Source: Arcobacteraceae bacterium (GTDB lineage: Bacteria > Campylobacterota > Campylobacteria > Campylobacterales > Arcobacteraceae). From it: DNA of 59,693 nt. The position numbers were made by a program, and so were the translations under genes. Numbering within the stretch: the stretch's first letter is position 1; each line of letters opens with the position of its first letter. The DNA is taken from NCBI GenBank assembly GCA_048268245.1, contig JBLWVX010000015.1, positions 1 through 59,693 of the forward strand. The letters are read 5' to 3'. Below the pieces are notes generated by a model that saw nothing but the letters and a program-made list of their open reading frames with translations, ran no database searches and was not told the origin of the DNA. Shown here piece after piece: positions 8,940-20,380 of the stretch.

Positions 8940-11771
8940 CTACGCTCTTTCAATTCTACATAAACCACCTTTTGTTTCAGGAATCTGCGTAACAATATCA
9001 TAACCATAGTTAGTTACAATATTTGCATTATCACCGATTGCAAATGGTAGTGTACCTTCAGGATATTTATGAGATAGATCTTCACCTTGCATTACACCAG
9101 AGAAGTGGAATGGCAAGAATACTCTATCATCAGCTACACTGTGGCTGTATTTTGCTTTAACTTTAATCTTAGTACCATTTGGTGAGTGAACCCACATCAT
9201 AGCACCATCTCTAATACCGTGTCTTCCAGCTAAGTCAGGATTAATATCACAGAACATTTCTGGTGTTAATTTAGCTAAATATTTAGATGCTCTATTTTCA
9301 ATACCAGCACCATTCATATTTACAAGTCTTCCCGTAACTAAGTTAATAGGGAATTCTTTTGCCCACTCTTTTGCAGTTTGCTCAGAAACATATCTAGTAT
9401 CAACTCTATAGTGATTCTTTTTATCTGCAAATGATGGATATTTCTTAACTAAATCTTGTCTTGGAGAGTGTAATGGCTCTCTATGTAAAGGAATTGGATC
9501 TGCAAATGTCCATACTTTTGCTCTTGCTTTTGCATTTCCATAAGGAGCAATTCCTCTTTCCATACATTTTTCAGCAATAATATTAGAAGTATCAACTTTC
9601 CAGTTTTTACCAATTTTCTTTTTCTCTTCTGCAGTTAATTTAATACCTAGAACTTCTTCAATGTTATCTCTAGTAATTTCAGGATAACCATTAGGATTAG
9701 CTGAACCTTTAGGAGCAGAACCTTTTCCTGCTAATAAATCTTCACCATCATGCTCAAGTCCAAATCTATTTCTGAATCCCATACCACCATCTTTAACACT
9801 TCTGTTAATGTTGTATAGTAATGGAGAACCACAATGATCTTCTGTCCAACAAGGCCATGGTAATCCATAGTATTCACCAGCCATTTCTCCGTATCCTCTT
9901 AAAGATACTTCATCAAACATGTGCCAGTTCTTTTGATGCTTTTTAAGTCTTTCAGCCGTCCAACCAGTTAAACCAATTGTTTTGATTGTTCTAGCAATTT
10001 CATCTGTACAATCTTCAGGCCATTTGAACTCTTTTTTGTTCTCTTTTACTAACATACCTGCTGTTAATTCATCATAGAATCCAAGTCTCTTAGCTAATTC
10101 GAACATAATGTCGTGGTCAGTTTTTGACTCATACATTGGTTCAATAATCTTATCTCTCCACTGTGCTGATCTATTTGTAGCAGTTACAGAACCACTAGTT
10201 TCAAATTGAGTAGCAGCAGGTAAGATATAAACATCATCTTGTTTATCAGTAATAATTGCACCCTCATTTACAAATGGGTCAACAAATACTGCGATATCTA
10301 AATTATCTAAGGCTTCTTTTACTTTTACTTGTTGTGCAGTTGATGTAATACCATTTGCCATAACAAATAAAGCTTTTAAGTTTGTTCCTGCATTATGAAT
10401 AGCATCTTCTCCTGGCTTACCACCAAGAACTCCAGCCCACCATCTAGCAAGTGTGAAACCCTTTTTATTCATCCATGAAGGATCTTTAAATCTTCCTTTT
10501 AACCATTCATAATCAACATTCCACATTTTTGCGAAATATTTCCATGAACCATCACTTAATCCATAGTATCCTGGTAATGTGTGTGATAAACAACACATAT
10601 CAGTAGCACCTTGAACGTTATCGTGACCTCTTAAGATGTTTGTTCCACCACCTTCAATACCCATGTTACCAAGAGCTAATTGAACGATTGGAGCAATTCT
10701 TGTATTAGAAGAACCGTTATTATGTTGCGTTAAACCCATAGCCCATACTAATGTACCAGGAGAGTTTTGAGCATATAACTTAGTGATTTGCATAATTAAA
10801 TCAGCATCAACACCAGTTACATCAGCAACTCTTTCAAGTGGCCAGTTTTTAGCTTCTTTTTTAATATCTTCCATACCGTAAACTCTATCTTTGATAAAGT
10901 TTTCATCATGCCATCCATTTTCAAAGATGATATTTAACATACCATACATAAATGGAATATCTGTACCAGGTCTTAAACCTGCATATAAATCTGCTTTTGC
11001 AGCAGTTTTAGTAAATCTTGGATCAACAACAATAATTTTTGCGTTGTTTCTCTCTTTTGCTTTTAAAAAGTGCTGGAAACCAACTGGGTGATTAACCGCT
11101 GGATTTGCTCCAAAAATAATGATCGCCTTAGAGTTTTGAATATCCCCTAAAGAATTTGTCATAGCACCATAACCCCATGTGTTTGCCACCCCGGCAACTG
11201 TTGAGCTATGTCAAATTCTAGCTTGGTGATCTATATTATTAGTTCCAAACATTGCAGCGAATTTTCTAAAGTAATATGATTGCTCAGTATTAAATTTCGC
11301 TGATCCTAAAAACATTGTTGAATCTGGCCCATCTGTTTGTCTTAAAGATTCAAGCTTATTAGCGATATTGTCTAATGCTTCATCCCAAGAAATTCTTTGC
11401 CATTTTCCACCTCTTTTAACCATTGGGTGTTTAACTCTAACTTCTGATCTAACCATATCAATCATATCGGCACCTTTACAACAGTGACCTCCAAGTGATA
11501 CAGGGTGATCTTGAGCTACTTCTTGTCTTACCCATACACCATTTTGTACTTCCGCTTCTACACCACAACCAACTGAACAAGCTGTACAGATAGATCTAAC
11601 CATCTTTGAACCAGGGAATGGATTTTTAATCTCTTCCTCAGTAGCTTTTCTAGTTGCAGTTGTACTAGCAAAAGACGATGTAACACCGAATGCAGTAGCT
11701 ACTGCAGCCATTTTCATAAATGACCTTCTACCTACTTTTGCATTCAGAGTTTCATATGTATTTGCTGACAT
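8940..11771 (-). CDS. fdhA: Selenocysteine-containing formate dehydrogenase alpha subunit, 943 aa, Tat-exported
   Basis: Two in-frame ORFs joined at TGA 11213-11211: DHQARI-U-HSSTVAGVANTWGYGAMTN; GRRSFMK Tat signal; CTACSVGC; LRGHDNVQG; hairpin TTGCC-GGGGT-GGCAA. Confidence 0.96.
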
Positions 11772-11799
11772 ACGCCTCTCCTACTCTTTTAAATTATTG

Positions 11800-12012
11800 T
11801 TACTTTGCAGTTTTGTAGAATTGCTCCCACGCTGCAGTTTTTCTGTAAAGAATCTCTTTCTTTCTAGAAGACCCTTTAACAACACCATTATTCGCATCAT
11901 CTTGAACTGATGAATTACCAGTAGCAGCCAATACACTAGTTCCCGCAGCAACTGCAGCACCAGCTGTAACAATTGCAGTTTTCTTAGCGAAATCTCTTCT
12001 GCTTTGTTCCAT
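11800..12012 (-). CDS. Small Tat-signal protein associated with fdh operons
   Basis: SRRDFAKK twin-arginine motif, KKEILY...WEQFY C-terminus; AAGGAGG RBS. Confidence 0.85.
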   Translation of the reverse strand: MEQSRRDFAKKTAIVTAGAAVAAGTSVLAATGNSSVQDDANNGVVKGSSRKKEILYRKTAAWEQFYKTAK

Positions 12013-12044
12013 GACTGACCTCCTTATAGAAAAATAAGCCCCCG

Positions 12045-12153
12045 AAAAGTGCTTTTTTTAAACCTACGTTAAAAAAAACACTTTTATTTAGAGACTTTAT
12101 AAAAAAAGCTTTGCTTTCTTTATAAAATCCCTAAAAGAGAAACTCTCTTTTAG
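12045..12153 (-). promoter_or_regulatory. Three consecutive hairpins between the TorD-type gene and the fdh structural genes
   Basis: Stems at 12045-12085, 12087-12135 and 12131-12153; all four internal mismatches become G-U pairs on the minus strand. Confidence 0.6.
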
Positions 12154-12923
12154 ATATCCTCCTCAACATCATAATGAATGTCTTTTGGTGTTTCCTCTTT
12201 TGGTCCTAAAGCTTTTAATGCTTTATTTCTTGCTCTTCTTTGCTTCTCTTCTTCAGATATTTCTTCCACAGCACAAGAAGCCTCTTCTTTTGCTTGCTTT
12301 GGTTTAGGTGCAGGTTTTGAAACCTCTAAATAAAGTCTTTCAAACTCTATAAAAGAGTTTAAAACAACCATTAAATCTCTATAAATATCCGCATTTTCAT
12401 GCTCATAAATCTCTTTTCCTATTTCATCAATAAATTCATTTAGAATTTGTGCAAAAATACAATGAACAGTATTTTCATATATTTTTTCACCTTGAGAAAT
12501 CTCATCAGTTAATTGAGCCATTAATGAAAAAATAAATCCAATTGAATCTTCATACTCATAATAGTTCTTTTCATCTCTTCTTAATTTTGTTTTTGCAACA
12601 AAATTAATCATTTCAACTCTTTTTTTACCAGATTCTATTCCCTCATCATAAAATGATGCTGTTGTTCTAATAGTTGTACTTGTTGGATTATGAAATAGTT
12701 CATCAAACTCTTGTAGTAAAGCAACATTCGAGCTTGGATCTAATTTTGAAGAAATAGATTCTAAAGCTTTTCCTGATGAGGGTTCTAAAGGATTTTCTTT
12801 TAGTACATTCACTAGTCTTACTAACTCTAAGTATGTTGCAGTATCAGGTGAGGCTACAAAAAAATTTGCAAAAAGATTGTAGTAAAGTGCTCTTGCTTTG
12901 TTTATTGCTTGATTATCTTGCAT
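12150..12923 (-). CDS. TorD/DmsD family chaperone
   Basis: ASFY and EYEDSIG (E.xDH-like) motifs; located in the fdh operon; likely start ATG 12923. Confidence 0.85.
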   Translation of the reverse strand: MQDNQAINKARALYYNLFANFFVASPDTATYLELVRLVNVLKENPLEPSSGKALESISSKLDPSSNVALLQEFDELFHNPTSTTIRTTASFYDEGIESGKKRVEMINFVAKTKLRRDEKNYYEYEDSIGFIFSLMAQLTDEISQGEKIYENTVHCIFAQILNEFIDEIGKEIYEHENADIYRDLMVVLNSFIEFERLYLEVSKPAPKPKQAKEEASCAVEEISEEEKQRRARNKALKALGPKEETPKDIHYDVEEDI

Positions 12924-14610
12924 TTGGCATTCCTTGCTTTTTTTGATCATAATAGTTTTGCATCATAATTTTTGGTTTACAGTCTGCACAACAGTATAAA
13001 GATTTCTCTTTTACTGGATCATTTGCAAATACAGGCCCCATGATAGCTGCTATTTTTTCAACTGACTTTTTAGTTGCAAACTCTACTCCACACTCTACAC
13101 ATGCAAAAAGTTCATCTTGAGCTAATACATTCTCTTTAAACCACATTGGTTGAAGTTTAATAACGTCTCTTTCAATCTCTAAACAATCACTCTCAGGACA
13201 TGAAACTTCACAATATCCACATGATGTACATAAAGATGGATTTAATCTAAGTGTATTATCTCTTGCATCTGCTTGAAGAGCATCTACATTACAAGCTCCA
13301 ACACAAACTAGACATAAAGTACATTTATCTTCATTTACTTTTACAAGACCATAATGAACATGTTCACCTGTTTTAACTTCACCTAAATCTTCATCACCAA
13401 CTAGCTTTTGTAATCTGTGAGAAAAAATCTCTCTTTTTTTAAGCCCTTCTTGATTAAAGTTAAAATTTGAACCTTCAATAAATGAAACTTCACTTAAAGC
13501 CTCTTTTAACTCTTCTTCATTCATTGCTACTAAAATTGCATCTTTTCCATACTTTTTTTGATAAATATCATTTACAATTCTAATAGCATCTCCACTTCCT
13601 TTTGAAATAAAGTCTGTATAAAATACAAGTTGAGAACCAGATATTTGAGCAAGTGTTAAAAATGCAGTTTCATCTAAAAACTTTTCACCCTCAATTGCAA
13701 AAGGTAAAACACCTTCTTTTAATTCAACTTCTAAAGAAGAGATGTTCATTTTCTGTGGAGTGATTAAAGGATGAGTATTTGCAAAAGCTTTACTCATTTC
13801 AAAAAGAGATTCTCTATTTGATGGTGCATAATCAAGTGCACCACTTGGACAAACAGAAATACATCCACCACACCCATGACAATCTATTTGAGAGAAAGAT
13901 AATACTTTTGTTTCATCATCTTTTGTTATTGCAACACTAGGACAAACCTCTTCACATTTTGAACAAATAACTTCTCTTCTTTCATTGTATTGACAGATTG
14001 TTTTATCATATGTAGTGAATTTCTTGTAAGAGTAAGAGTTTATATTCTCTTTTAGTAAAGATACAACTTCTTCTTCACTTGATTCATTTGGATCAAAACA
14101 TCCACTTTGCTTGATTCCTTCTTCTTTAGCATCGTACCAAACAATTTGAGAAACATTTAAAGTTACGTCCTTACCTTCATCATCAACAATAACAGTTAAA
14201 TTTCCAATATGTCCTGAAATTGATTTGATAATATTTTCTTGTACAAAAAATAGTTCAAAGTCTTCAGGCTTAATACATGCTACAAATTTTTCATAATCTT
14301 CTTTAGTATTTGCAACTAAAAGTAACTGATTTGTAATTTCTTGTGAGTATGATATATCTTGTGCAAAGTCATATTTATTAGCAGCTATTTCATATAATTT
14401 ATAAACATTTTCAATTCGAGCTGCTATTGAATCTTTTGTATTTTTGATATAAAAATCTATTTCATCAGCTTTTACTTCTGTATTTACTTCAGAAGTGTTA
14501 GAGATTAAAAAACTTTTTTCTTTTATTTCATCTAAGTTAGTAGATACTAGTATCTCTTCGCTAACAGGGAAATCTAAACCCTTTGGGTTGTAATATATAA
14601 ATTCTTGCAT
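12913..14610 (-). CDS. Multi-4Fe-4S ferredoxin-domain protein
   Basis: CSKCEEVCP, CHGCGGCISVCP, CTLCLVCVGAC, CTSCGYCEVSCP. Confidence 0.9.
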   Translation of the reverse strand: MQEFIYYNPKGLDFPVSEEILVSTNLDEIKEKSFLISNTSEVNTEVKADEIDFYIKNTKDSIAARIENVYKLYEIAANKYDFAQDISYSQEITNQLLLVANTKEDYEKFVACIKPEDFELFFVQENIIKSISGHIGNLTVIVDDEGKDVTLNVSQIVWYDAKEEGIKQSGCFDPNESSEEEVVSLLKENINSYSYKKFTTYDKTICQYNERREVICSKCEEVCPSVAITKDDETKVLSFSQIDCHGCGGCISVCPSGALDYAPSNRESLFEMSKAFANTHPLITPQKMNISSLEVELKEGVLPFAIEGEKFLDETAFLTLAQISGSQLVFYTDFISKGSGDAIRIVNDIYQKKYGKDAILVAMNEEELKEALSEVSFIEGSNFNFNQEGLKKREIFSHRLQKLVGDEDLGEVKTGEHVHYGLVKVNEDKCTLCLVCVGACNVDALQADARDNTLRLNPSLCTSCGYCEVSCPESDCLEIERDVIKLQPMWFKENVLAQDELFACVECGVEFATKKSVEKIAAIMGPVFANDPVKEKSLYCCADCKPKIMMQNYYDQKKQGMPNAR

Positions 14611-14813
14611 AACCTATGCCCTTATCAATGGTAAAAAATATTTTACCTAATTTTAATAGTATATTTTTAAATGAACCTTAAATATTAAAAAACTTTTTAC
14701 CTATTTTTTGAAGGGTGTTACTATTAAGGACTATGTATTTTTACAAAAGATATAAAACTTTTATATTTAATGTATTAAAGCTATATTTTGCACATATTTT
14801 TGTAAACTAAAGT

Positions 14814-15962
14814 ATGATTAAAAGATTACCAATACTACTATTCATATTCATCATTTTTTATATATATTTTAAAGATGAAATTTTTCCAAGTAACACTATA
14901 AAAATAGGTATGTCTGTTCCTAAAAGCGGAATTATTAAAACATGGGGAGAGTCAGTTGACAATGGAGTAAATGCTTACTTTAAACATGTTAATGAAAACA
15001 ACATTCTAGGAAACAAAAAAATAGAACTTTTGATGTATGATGATAAATATGAGCCAGAACTTACAATAGAAAATGTAAATAAGTTAATATATACAGATAA
15101 TGTTTATGCCCTTTTTGGATTTGTTGGGACACCAACAGTTAAAAATATCTTACCAATTATACATGATGAAGATATACCATTTTTTGGTGCATTTACAGGG
15201 GCTTCATTTTTAAGAGACACAAAAGATGATAATTTTATTAATTTTAGAAGTTCATACCAACAAGAAATAGAAAAGATTGTTGAGTATTTACATAGGCAAA
15301 AAAAATTAAATAGAATTGCTGTTTTTTATCAAAATGATGATTATGGAGAAGAAGGATATATTTCACTACTTCAGGCATTAGAAAAAAGAAAATTACCTTT
15401 AGTGGCTGAGGGTTCTTACAAAAGAAACACTCTATCCATAAATCATGCATTTAATGAAATAAAAGATGCACAACCTCAAGCTATTGTAATGGTTGGAGCT
15501 TATAAAACAAATGCTTTATTTATTAAAAAAGCTAAACAAAATCCAAATTTAAAAGATGTAATTTTTTGTAACATCTCTTTTGGTGATGCAAATGCTATGG
15601 TAAAAAAACTTGATGAGCTAAAAATAAGCTCAAAAAATCTAATCTTTTCACAAGTAGTTCCGAACTATATGGATAATAAAATACCCATTATAAATGAGTA
15701 TCAAACACTAATGAGGCGATACTATCCAAATGAAGAGTTTGGCTTTATTTCACTTGAAGCATTTATGGCTTCTAAGATTTTAGTAAATGCGATTTCTAGA
15801 ATAAAAGGTGATAGAACAAGAGAAAAGTTAATTCATATGCTTAAAACTACACCACCTGATTTATTAAAAGGCTTACATTTAAAGTATAGTAATTCTCAAT
15901 TATTTAATAAAACATATTTATTTAAGTATGAAAACAATAAATTCAAAGAGATAAAATGGTAG
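14814..15962 (+). CDS. Periplasmic binding protein (LivJ-like), probably a sensor partner
   Basis: YDDKYEP, GFVGTPT and FYQNDDYG motifs; overlaps the histidine kinase start; no permease nearby. Confidence 0.85.
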   Translation: MIKRLPILLFIFIIFYIYFKDEIFPSNTIKIGMSVPKSGIIKTWGESVDNGVNAYFKHVNENNILGNKKIELLMYDDKYEPELTIENVNKLIYTDNVYALFGFVGTPTVKNILPIIHDEDIPFFGAFTGASFLRDTKDDNFINFRSSYQQEIEKIVEYLHRQKKLNRIAVFYQNDDYGEEGYISLLQALEKRKLPLVAEGSYKRNTLSINHAFNEIKDAQPQAIVMVGAYKTNALFIKKAKQNPNLKDVIFCNISFGDANAMVKKLDELKISSKNLIFSQVVPNYMDNKIPIINEYQTLMRRYYPNEEFGFISLEAFMASKILVNAISRIKGDRTREKLIHMLKTTPPDLLKGLHLKYSNSQLFNKTYLFKYENNKFKEIKW

Positions 15963-17554
15963 TAAGTAAATTAAAAAAGATAATTGCATATTTTGATGAT
16001 TTAAGTTTTAAATACAAAACTTCCTTTTTAGTTTTTATTATTGCAGGTGGTATGATTTGTATAGTTATTTTATCTCAGATTTCAACTTTTACTATCAAAC
16101 AAGACTTTGATGTACTTTTTGATAAAAGAACAAAAAGTTTAATCAAACTAGAAAACATTAAAGACACCTATAATGTAAATATTCAAGCTACAATCAAAGA
16201 CTTAGAGAATGATGAACTTACATTAGCTCAAGCAAAAGATGTTTTGCTTTTAGCCCAACAACTTATAAATAAAAACTGGAATTCATATAAAGAAGAGTTA
16301 GAAAAAAAAGGTGATAGATTTTATATAATCTCGTTTATAAAAAAGTTCTTTATAAATGAAGAAAACTATTTTGAAAATGAAGTTCTAAAAAAAAATATTA
16401 TGAGAAATGTTGATAAAAAGATGTTTCAAATAAAATATGATTTAAACTATATGATTGAAAATAAAATAGACTATGATTATACTAATCTAAACTTAGAAAT
16501 AAATGCTATTTCTATTTATATTACAAGTTTAATTAACTATGATTTATCACTTGCTATAAATGAAAAGAGAAATACCCAAAAGATTTTTAATATTATTATG
16601 ATTTTCTCAATTATATCTATTATTTTAGTGTTTTTATTTTCGATTATCTTGTCAGTTTATATAATCAATAATTTTAAAACACTACATGATACCTTAGAGC
16701 AAAAAGTAGAAGAAAAGACAAAAGAGCTAACAGAGTTAAATGCTTATCTAGAAATAAAAGTATCAAAAGAAGTAGCCCAAAATAGGAAAAAAGATATAAT
16801 CATGTTCCAACAAGCAAGACTTGCAAGTTTAGGTGAAATGTTAAATAATATAGCACACCAATGGAGACAACCTCTAGGTTCAATCACGATGATTATTCAA
16901 AGTTTCCAAACTAAAATGCTAATGGGAAAACTAACTGATGAATTTGTTGATGAAAAAGTAAATGACGCTTTACTTCTAGCAAATAACATGTCTCAAACCT
17001 TAGATGATTTTAAAAACTTTTTTAGTCCAAATAAACAAAGAAGTAAGTTTCTAATCAAAGATTGTATTGAACACTCTATTGAACTTTCAAAATACTCTTT
17101 AGAGAAACAAAGCATTCAAATAAAACTTGAAATCAAGCAAAATGTAGAGCTTCATACTTTCTATAATGAGCTATCTCATGTATTTTTAAATATCATTTCT
17201 AACTCAAAAGATGCTTTATGTAGTACTATTGATAAAAATGATAGAATTATAAAAATAATTGTAAATAAATATAAGCATAATGTTGTAGTAAACCTAATAG
17301 ATAATGGTGGTGGAATCAATGAAGAGATTCTTCCAAAAATATTTGAACCATACTATACTACAAAATACAAAAGTGCAGGAACTGGTATTGGTTTATATAT
17401 GTCCAAGCAAATAATTGAAAAGCATATGAATGGCTCAATCTCATATAAAAATATTGTACATAAAATAAAACCAAATGATGACACAAACTTTAAATGTTCC
17501 TTATTTACAATAAAAATCCCAATTTCAAATAATAAAGAGGCTACAAATGAATAA
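15956..17554 (+). CDS. Membrane sensor histidine kinase
   Basis: Two TM segments, NIAHQWRQPL H-box, DNGGG, FEPYYTTK, GTGIGLY. Confidence 0.92.
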   Translation: MVVSKLKKIIAYFDDLSFKYKTSFLVFIIAGGMICIVILSQISTFTIKQDFDVLFDKRTKSLIKLENIKDTYNVNIQATIKDLENDELTLAQAKDVLLLAQQLINKNWNSYKEELEKKGDRFYIISFIKKFFINEENYFENEVLKKNIMRNVDKKMFQIKYDLNYMIENKIDYDYTNLNLEINAISIYITSLINYDLSLAINEKRNTQKIFNIIMIFSIISIILVFLFSIILSVYIINNFKTLHDTLEQKVEEKTKELTELNAYLEIKVSKEVAQNRKKDIIMFQQARLASLGEMLNNIAHQWRQPLGSITMIIQSFQTKMLMGKLTDEFVDEKVNDALLLANNMSQTLDDFKNFFSPNKQRSKFLIKDCIEHSIELSKYSLEKQSIQIKLEIKQNVELHTFYNELSHVFLNIISNSKDALCSTIDKNDRIIKIIVNKYKHNVVVNLIDNGGGINEEILPKIFEPYYTTKYKSAGTGIGLYMSKQIIEKHMNGSISYKNIVHKIKPNDDTNFKCSLFTIKIPISNNKEATNE

Positions 17555-18209
17555 CAGAGATTTAAATATCTTACAGCAATTTAATATTTTATACTTAGAA
17601 GATGATGTAAGTCTATTAAAACATACAAAAGATGTATTAGAAGACTTTGTAAACAATATCTACGCAGTAAAAACTTCTAATGAAGCTATGGATATTTTAT
17701 TAAATAAAAAAGTTGATATTATTATCTCTGATATACTACTTGAAGATGAAAATGGAATTGATTTTTTAAAGCATATAAAACAAAAAAATATCACTATTCC
17801 TACTATTTTAACAACAGCTCATACTGATACAAAATATTTACTTGAAGCAATAAAATTAAAAGTGGAAAACTACATAGTGAAACCTATAAATATAAAAGAG
17901 TTACTAAATAGTTTACATGATGTATTACTTCCAATAGTTCAAAAAAAAGAGATTCAAAAAAACTCAAATGTAATTAGAACAATTTCAGCTATTACAGATA
18001 GTAAACAAGTTGATATTGTAAAGTTTATTATCAATAATCTAGATAATGAAAATCAATTTACAGCTTCATATAGTGATATTATGGAAGAGTTTTCTATATC
18101 TAAACCAACACTTATAAAACTTTTTAAAGAACTAGCAGAAAAAAATATTTTAGTTAAAGTTCAACATAAAACATATAGGTTTAATGAGTCTGCACTAGAG
18201 CATATCTAA
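17547..18209 (+). CDS. Response regulator (REC plus C-terminal HTH)
   Basis: LEDD, ISDI..D.NG and KP motifs; wHTH-like C-terminus. Confidence 0.9.
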   Translation: MNNRDLNILQQFNILYLEDDVSLLKHTKDVLEDFVNNIYAVKTSNEAMDILLNKKVDIIISDILLEDENGIDFLKHIKQKNITIPTILTTAHTDTKYLLEAIKLKVENYIVKPINIKELLNSLHDVLLPIVQKKEIQKNSNVIRTISAITDSKQVDIVKFIINNLDNENQFTASYSDIMEEFSISKPTLIKLFKELAEKNILVKVQHKTYRFNESALEHI

Positions 18210-18892
18210 TGCAAAAATATGATTTGAAAAATACCTATGTAATCTCTGATATACATGGGTGTTATTATACAATGCTAGCTTTAATAAAAAAGCTTCCATC
18301 AAATGCAAACTTGATTTTTGTAGGAGACTTATGTGATAGAGGTCTTTATTCAAAAAAAGTAATTGAGTTTGTAAAAAACAATAATTATCCATGTATTTTA
18401 GGAAATCATGACTCTTATCTTTTAGATAATATAGAAGCTTGTTTAAATGGTGCTAAGGTTAGATGGAATACAAAAGAGTATATGGGTGGACTTGTAACTA
18501 TAGATAACTATAAAAACGATTTGAGTACTCTAGAAGAGCATCTAACTTGGATTAAAACTCTGCCACAATATCTAATAGTAGAAAACTATTTCATAACTCA
18601 TGCTTTTTGTATGCCCTACTTTAAAAGAAGAAATGATAAATCAAAAGCCCATGCCATGATGACAAATCGAGTTTCAGATAAAGATGAGTGGGAATGGGAT
18701 TGGGAAAAAGACTGGAAAAGCCATAAGTATATAAATATATACGGTCATGAATCTTCAAGAAATGTAGTAAGAAAACACAACTATATTTGTATTGATACAG
18801 CTTGTGTTTATGGTGGAAAACTTACTGCTTTAAATTTAGATAGTTTAGAAGTTATACAACAAGACTTAATAAAAAAGGATGTGCTACTTTAA
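18209..18892 (+). CDS. Metallophosphoesterase (PPP/PrpA-like)
   Basis: SDIHG, GDLCDRG, GNHD, GH and IDTACVYGG motifs. Confidence 0.9.
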   Translation: MQKYDLKNTYVISDIHGCYYTMLALIKKLPSNANLIFVGDLCDRGLYSKKVIEFVKNNNYPCILGNHDSYLLDNIEACLNGAKVRWNTKEYMGGLVTIDNYKNDLSTLEEHLTWIKTLPQYLIVENYFITHAFCMPYFKRRNDKSKAHAMMTNRVSDKDEWEWDWEKDWKSHKYINIYGHESSRNVVRKHNYICIDTACVYGGKLTALNLDSLEVIQQDLIKKDVLL

Positions 18893-20380
18893 ATCGCAGC
18901 CACATCCTATTAGTTTTTCATCTGTTCTTAAATAATCTCTAACTTTTTTTGAAATCAAATCAATAGAAATATTTAAAAGTGCAGTAAAAAATAGCAGTAT
19001 TACAACTTTGTCTAGTCTTATATCTGCTATGGCTGAATCTATATAAAAACCTAAAGTAGCAATTCCTAAAATACCTAGAATTGCTGATTCTCTCATAATA
19101 ACTTCCCATCTATAAAATAAAAAAGCTAAAAAAGAACTATAGAGTTTTGGTAGAACTTCATAAGCATAAAGATTTAGGTGTGTTGACTTATCTAGTACAT
19201 ACTCAATTTCATTTGATTGTTTACCAATTATAAATGCAATAATTGCTCCATTATGAAGCATTAAAGCTAAAACCGCAGGAAGCATAGAAGCTCCAAAAAT
19301 AGATAAAAATAAGAAAGCTAAAATATACTCAGGTGTTGATCTTAACACTACTAAAAATATATGCGAAAAAAACCTTCCTACGTTTCCTACAAATTTATAT
19401 GAAATCAAAGGAAATAAAACTAAAGCTAATATAGCAGTTGCCACAAGAGAAATTTGTGTTAAAACTATAGTATTAAAAATACCTGGAACTATTTCGTTTA
19501 TAAAGATTTTGTAAAACCAGTTTATTCCTTCAATAAAACTATACTCATTTCTTATTGGACTTGGAATAATATCACTTGTAAAAAATCTAATAAAATTATC
19601 ATAAGAAAATGAAGATACAGACATTGGCATTTTTATAAGTGAAAATATAAATAATGGAATTATTGTAAATTTATTAAACCAAAATTTGATAGTTGCAATT
19701 AGAATATAAAAGATTATAAGCATCAGCCAAACTTCATTATAATAACCTTGGTTAAATGAAGAACTTAAATAATAACCTAAAGTTGTAATACCTACAAAAC
19801 CTAAAATTGCTGAAGATTTCATAGCACACTCAAATCTATATAAAGTATATGAGATTAGATGTGGCATGGCATTGGGAAGCTTTGTATAAAAAAACAAACA
19901 AACCTTTGATACTTTACTTGAAATAGTTCTTTTATCAAAACTATCATACTCTTCAAGTATTTCAAAATAGACTTTTGTAAGTATTGCACTATAGGGTAAA
20001 ACAATTGCTAAAATAGCTGTAATAGTATTTAATCCAAAGATTTGTAAAAATATCAGTGCCCAAAAAATTTCATGAATAGCTCTTATATATGATAAAAAAA
20101 TTCTAACAATTAGAAACTTAAAATAAAAACTTAAAACAAATCCAATTACTGCTGATAAAACTATTGAAATCGTTGCAATATATATTGTTTGTAGTGAAGC
20201 ATCTAAAAGCAAATCATATGATGAAAAATTTATATCTTTAATAGCAATAACAAACTTTGAAAGTTCTAAAAAAGGTTCATATGCACTTATTTCTAAATCA
20301 GCAAAAAATAGGGAGATAAAAAAGATACTAAAGAAGATTAAACTTACATTTAGTTCTTTTGAAAGTTTATTGGGCAACAT
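18884..20380 (-). CDS. PhnE/PtxC-family ABC permease (double domain)
   Basis: RAIHEIFWAL, YRFECAMKSSAILGFVG and RSTPEY, YRWEVIMRESAILG; likely start ATG 20380. Confidence 0.85.
   Translation of the reverse strand: MLPNKLSKELNVSLIFFSIFFISLFFADLEISAYEPFLELSKFVIAIKDINFSSYDLLLDASLQTIYIATISIVLSAVIGFVLSFYFKFLIVRIFLSYIRAIHEIFWALIFLQIFGLNTITAILAIVLPYSAILTKVYFEILEEYDSFDKRTISSKVSKVCLFFYTKLPNAMPHLISYTLYRFECAMKSSAILGFVGITTLGYYLSSSFNQGYYNEVWLMLIIFYILIATIKFWFNKFTIIPLFIFSLIKMPMSVSSFSYDNFIRFFTSDIIPSPIRNEYSFIEGINWFYKIFINEIVPGIFNTIVLTQISLVATAILALVLFPLISYKFVGNVGRFFSHIFLVVLRSTPEYILAFLFLSIFGASMLPAVLALMLHNGAIIAFIIGKQSNEIEYVLDKSTHLNLYAYEVLPKLYSSFLAFLFYRWEVIMRESAILGILGIATLGFYIDSAIADIRLDKVVILLFFTALLNISIDLISKKVRDYLRTDEKLIGCGCDLK

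Noticed and set aside
11190..11213. fdhA as two genes or a nonsense pseudogene
   Set aside because: The in-frame TGA sits at the catalytic Sec/Cys position with a SECIS-like hairpin, and selABCD are present
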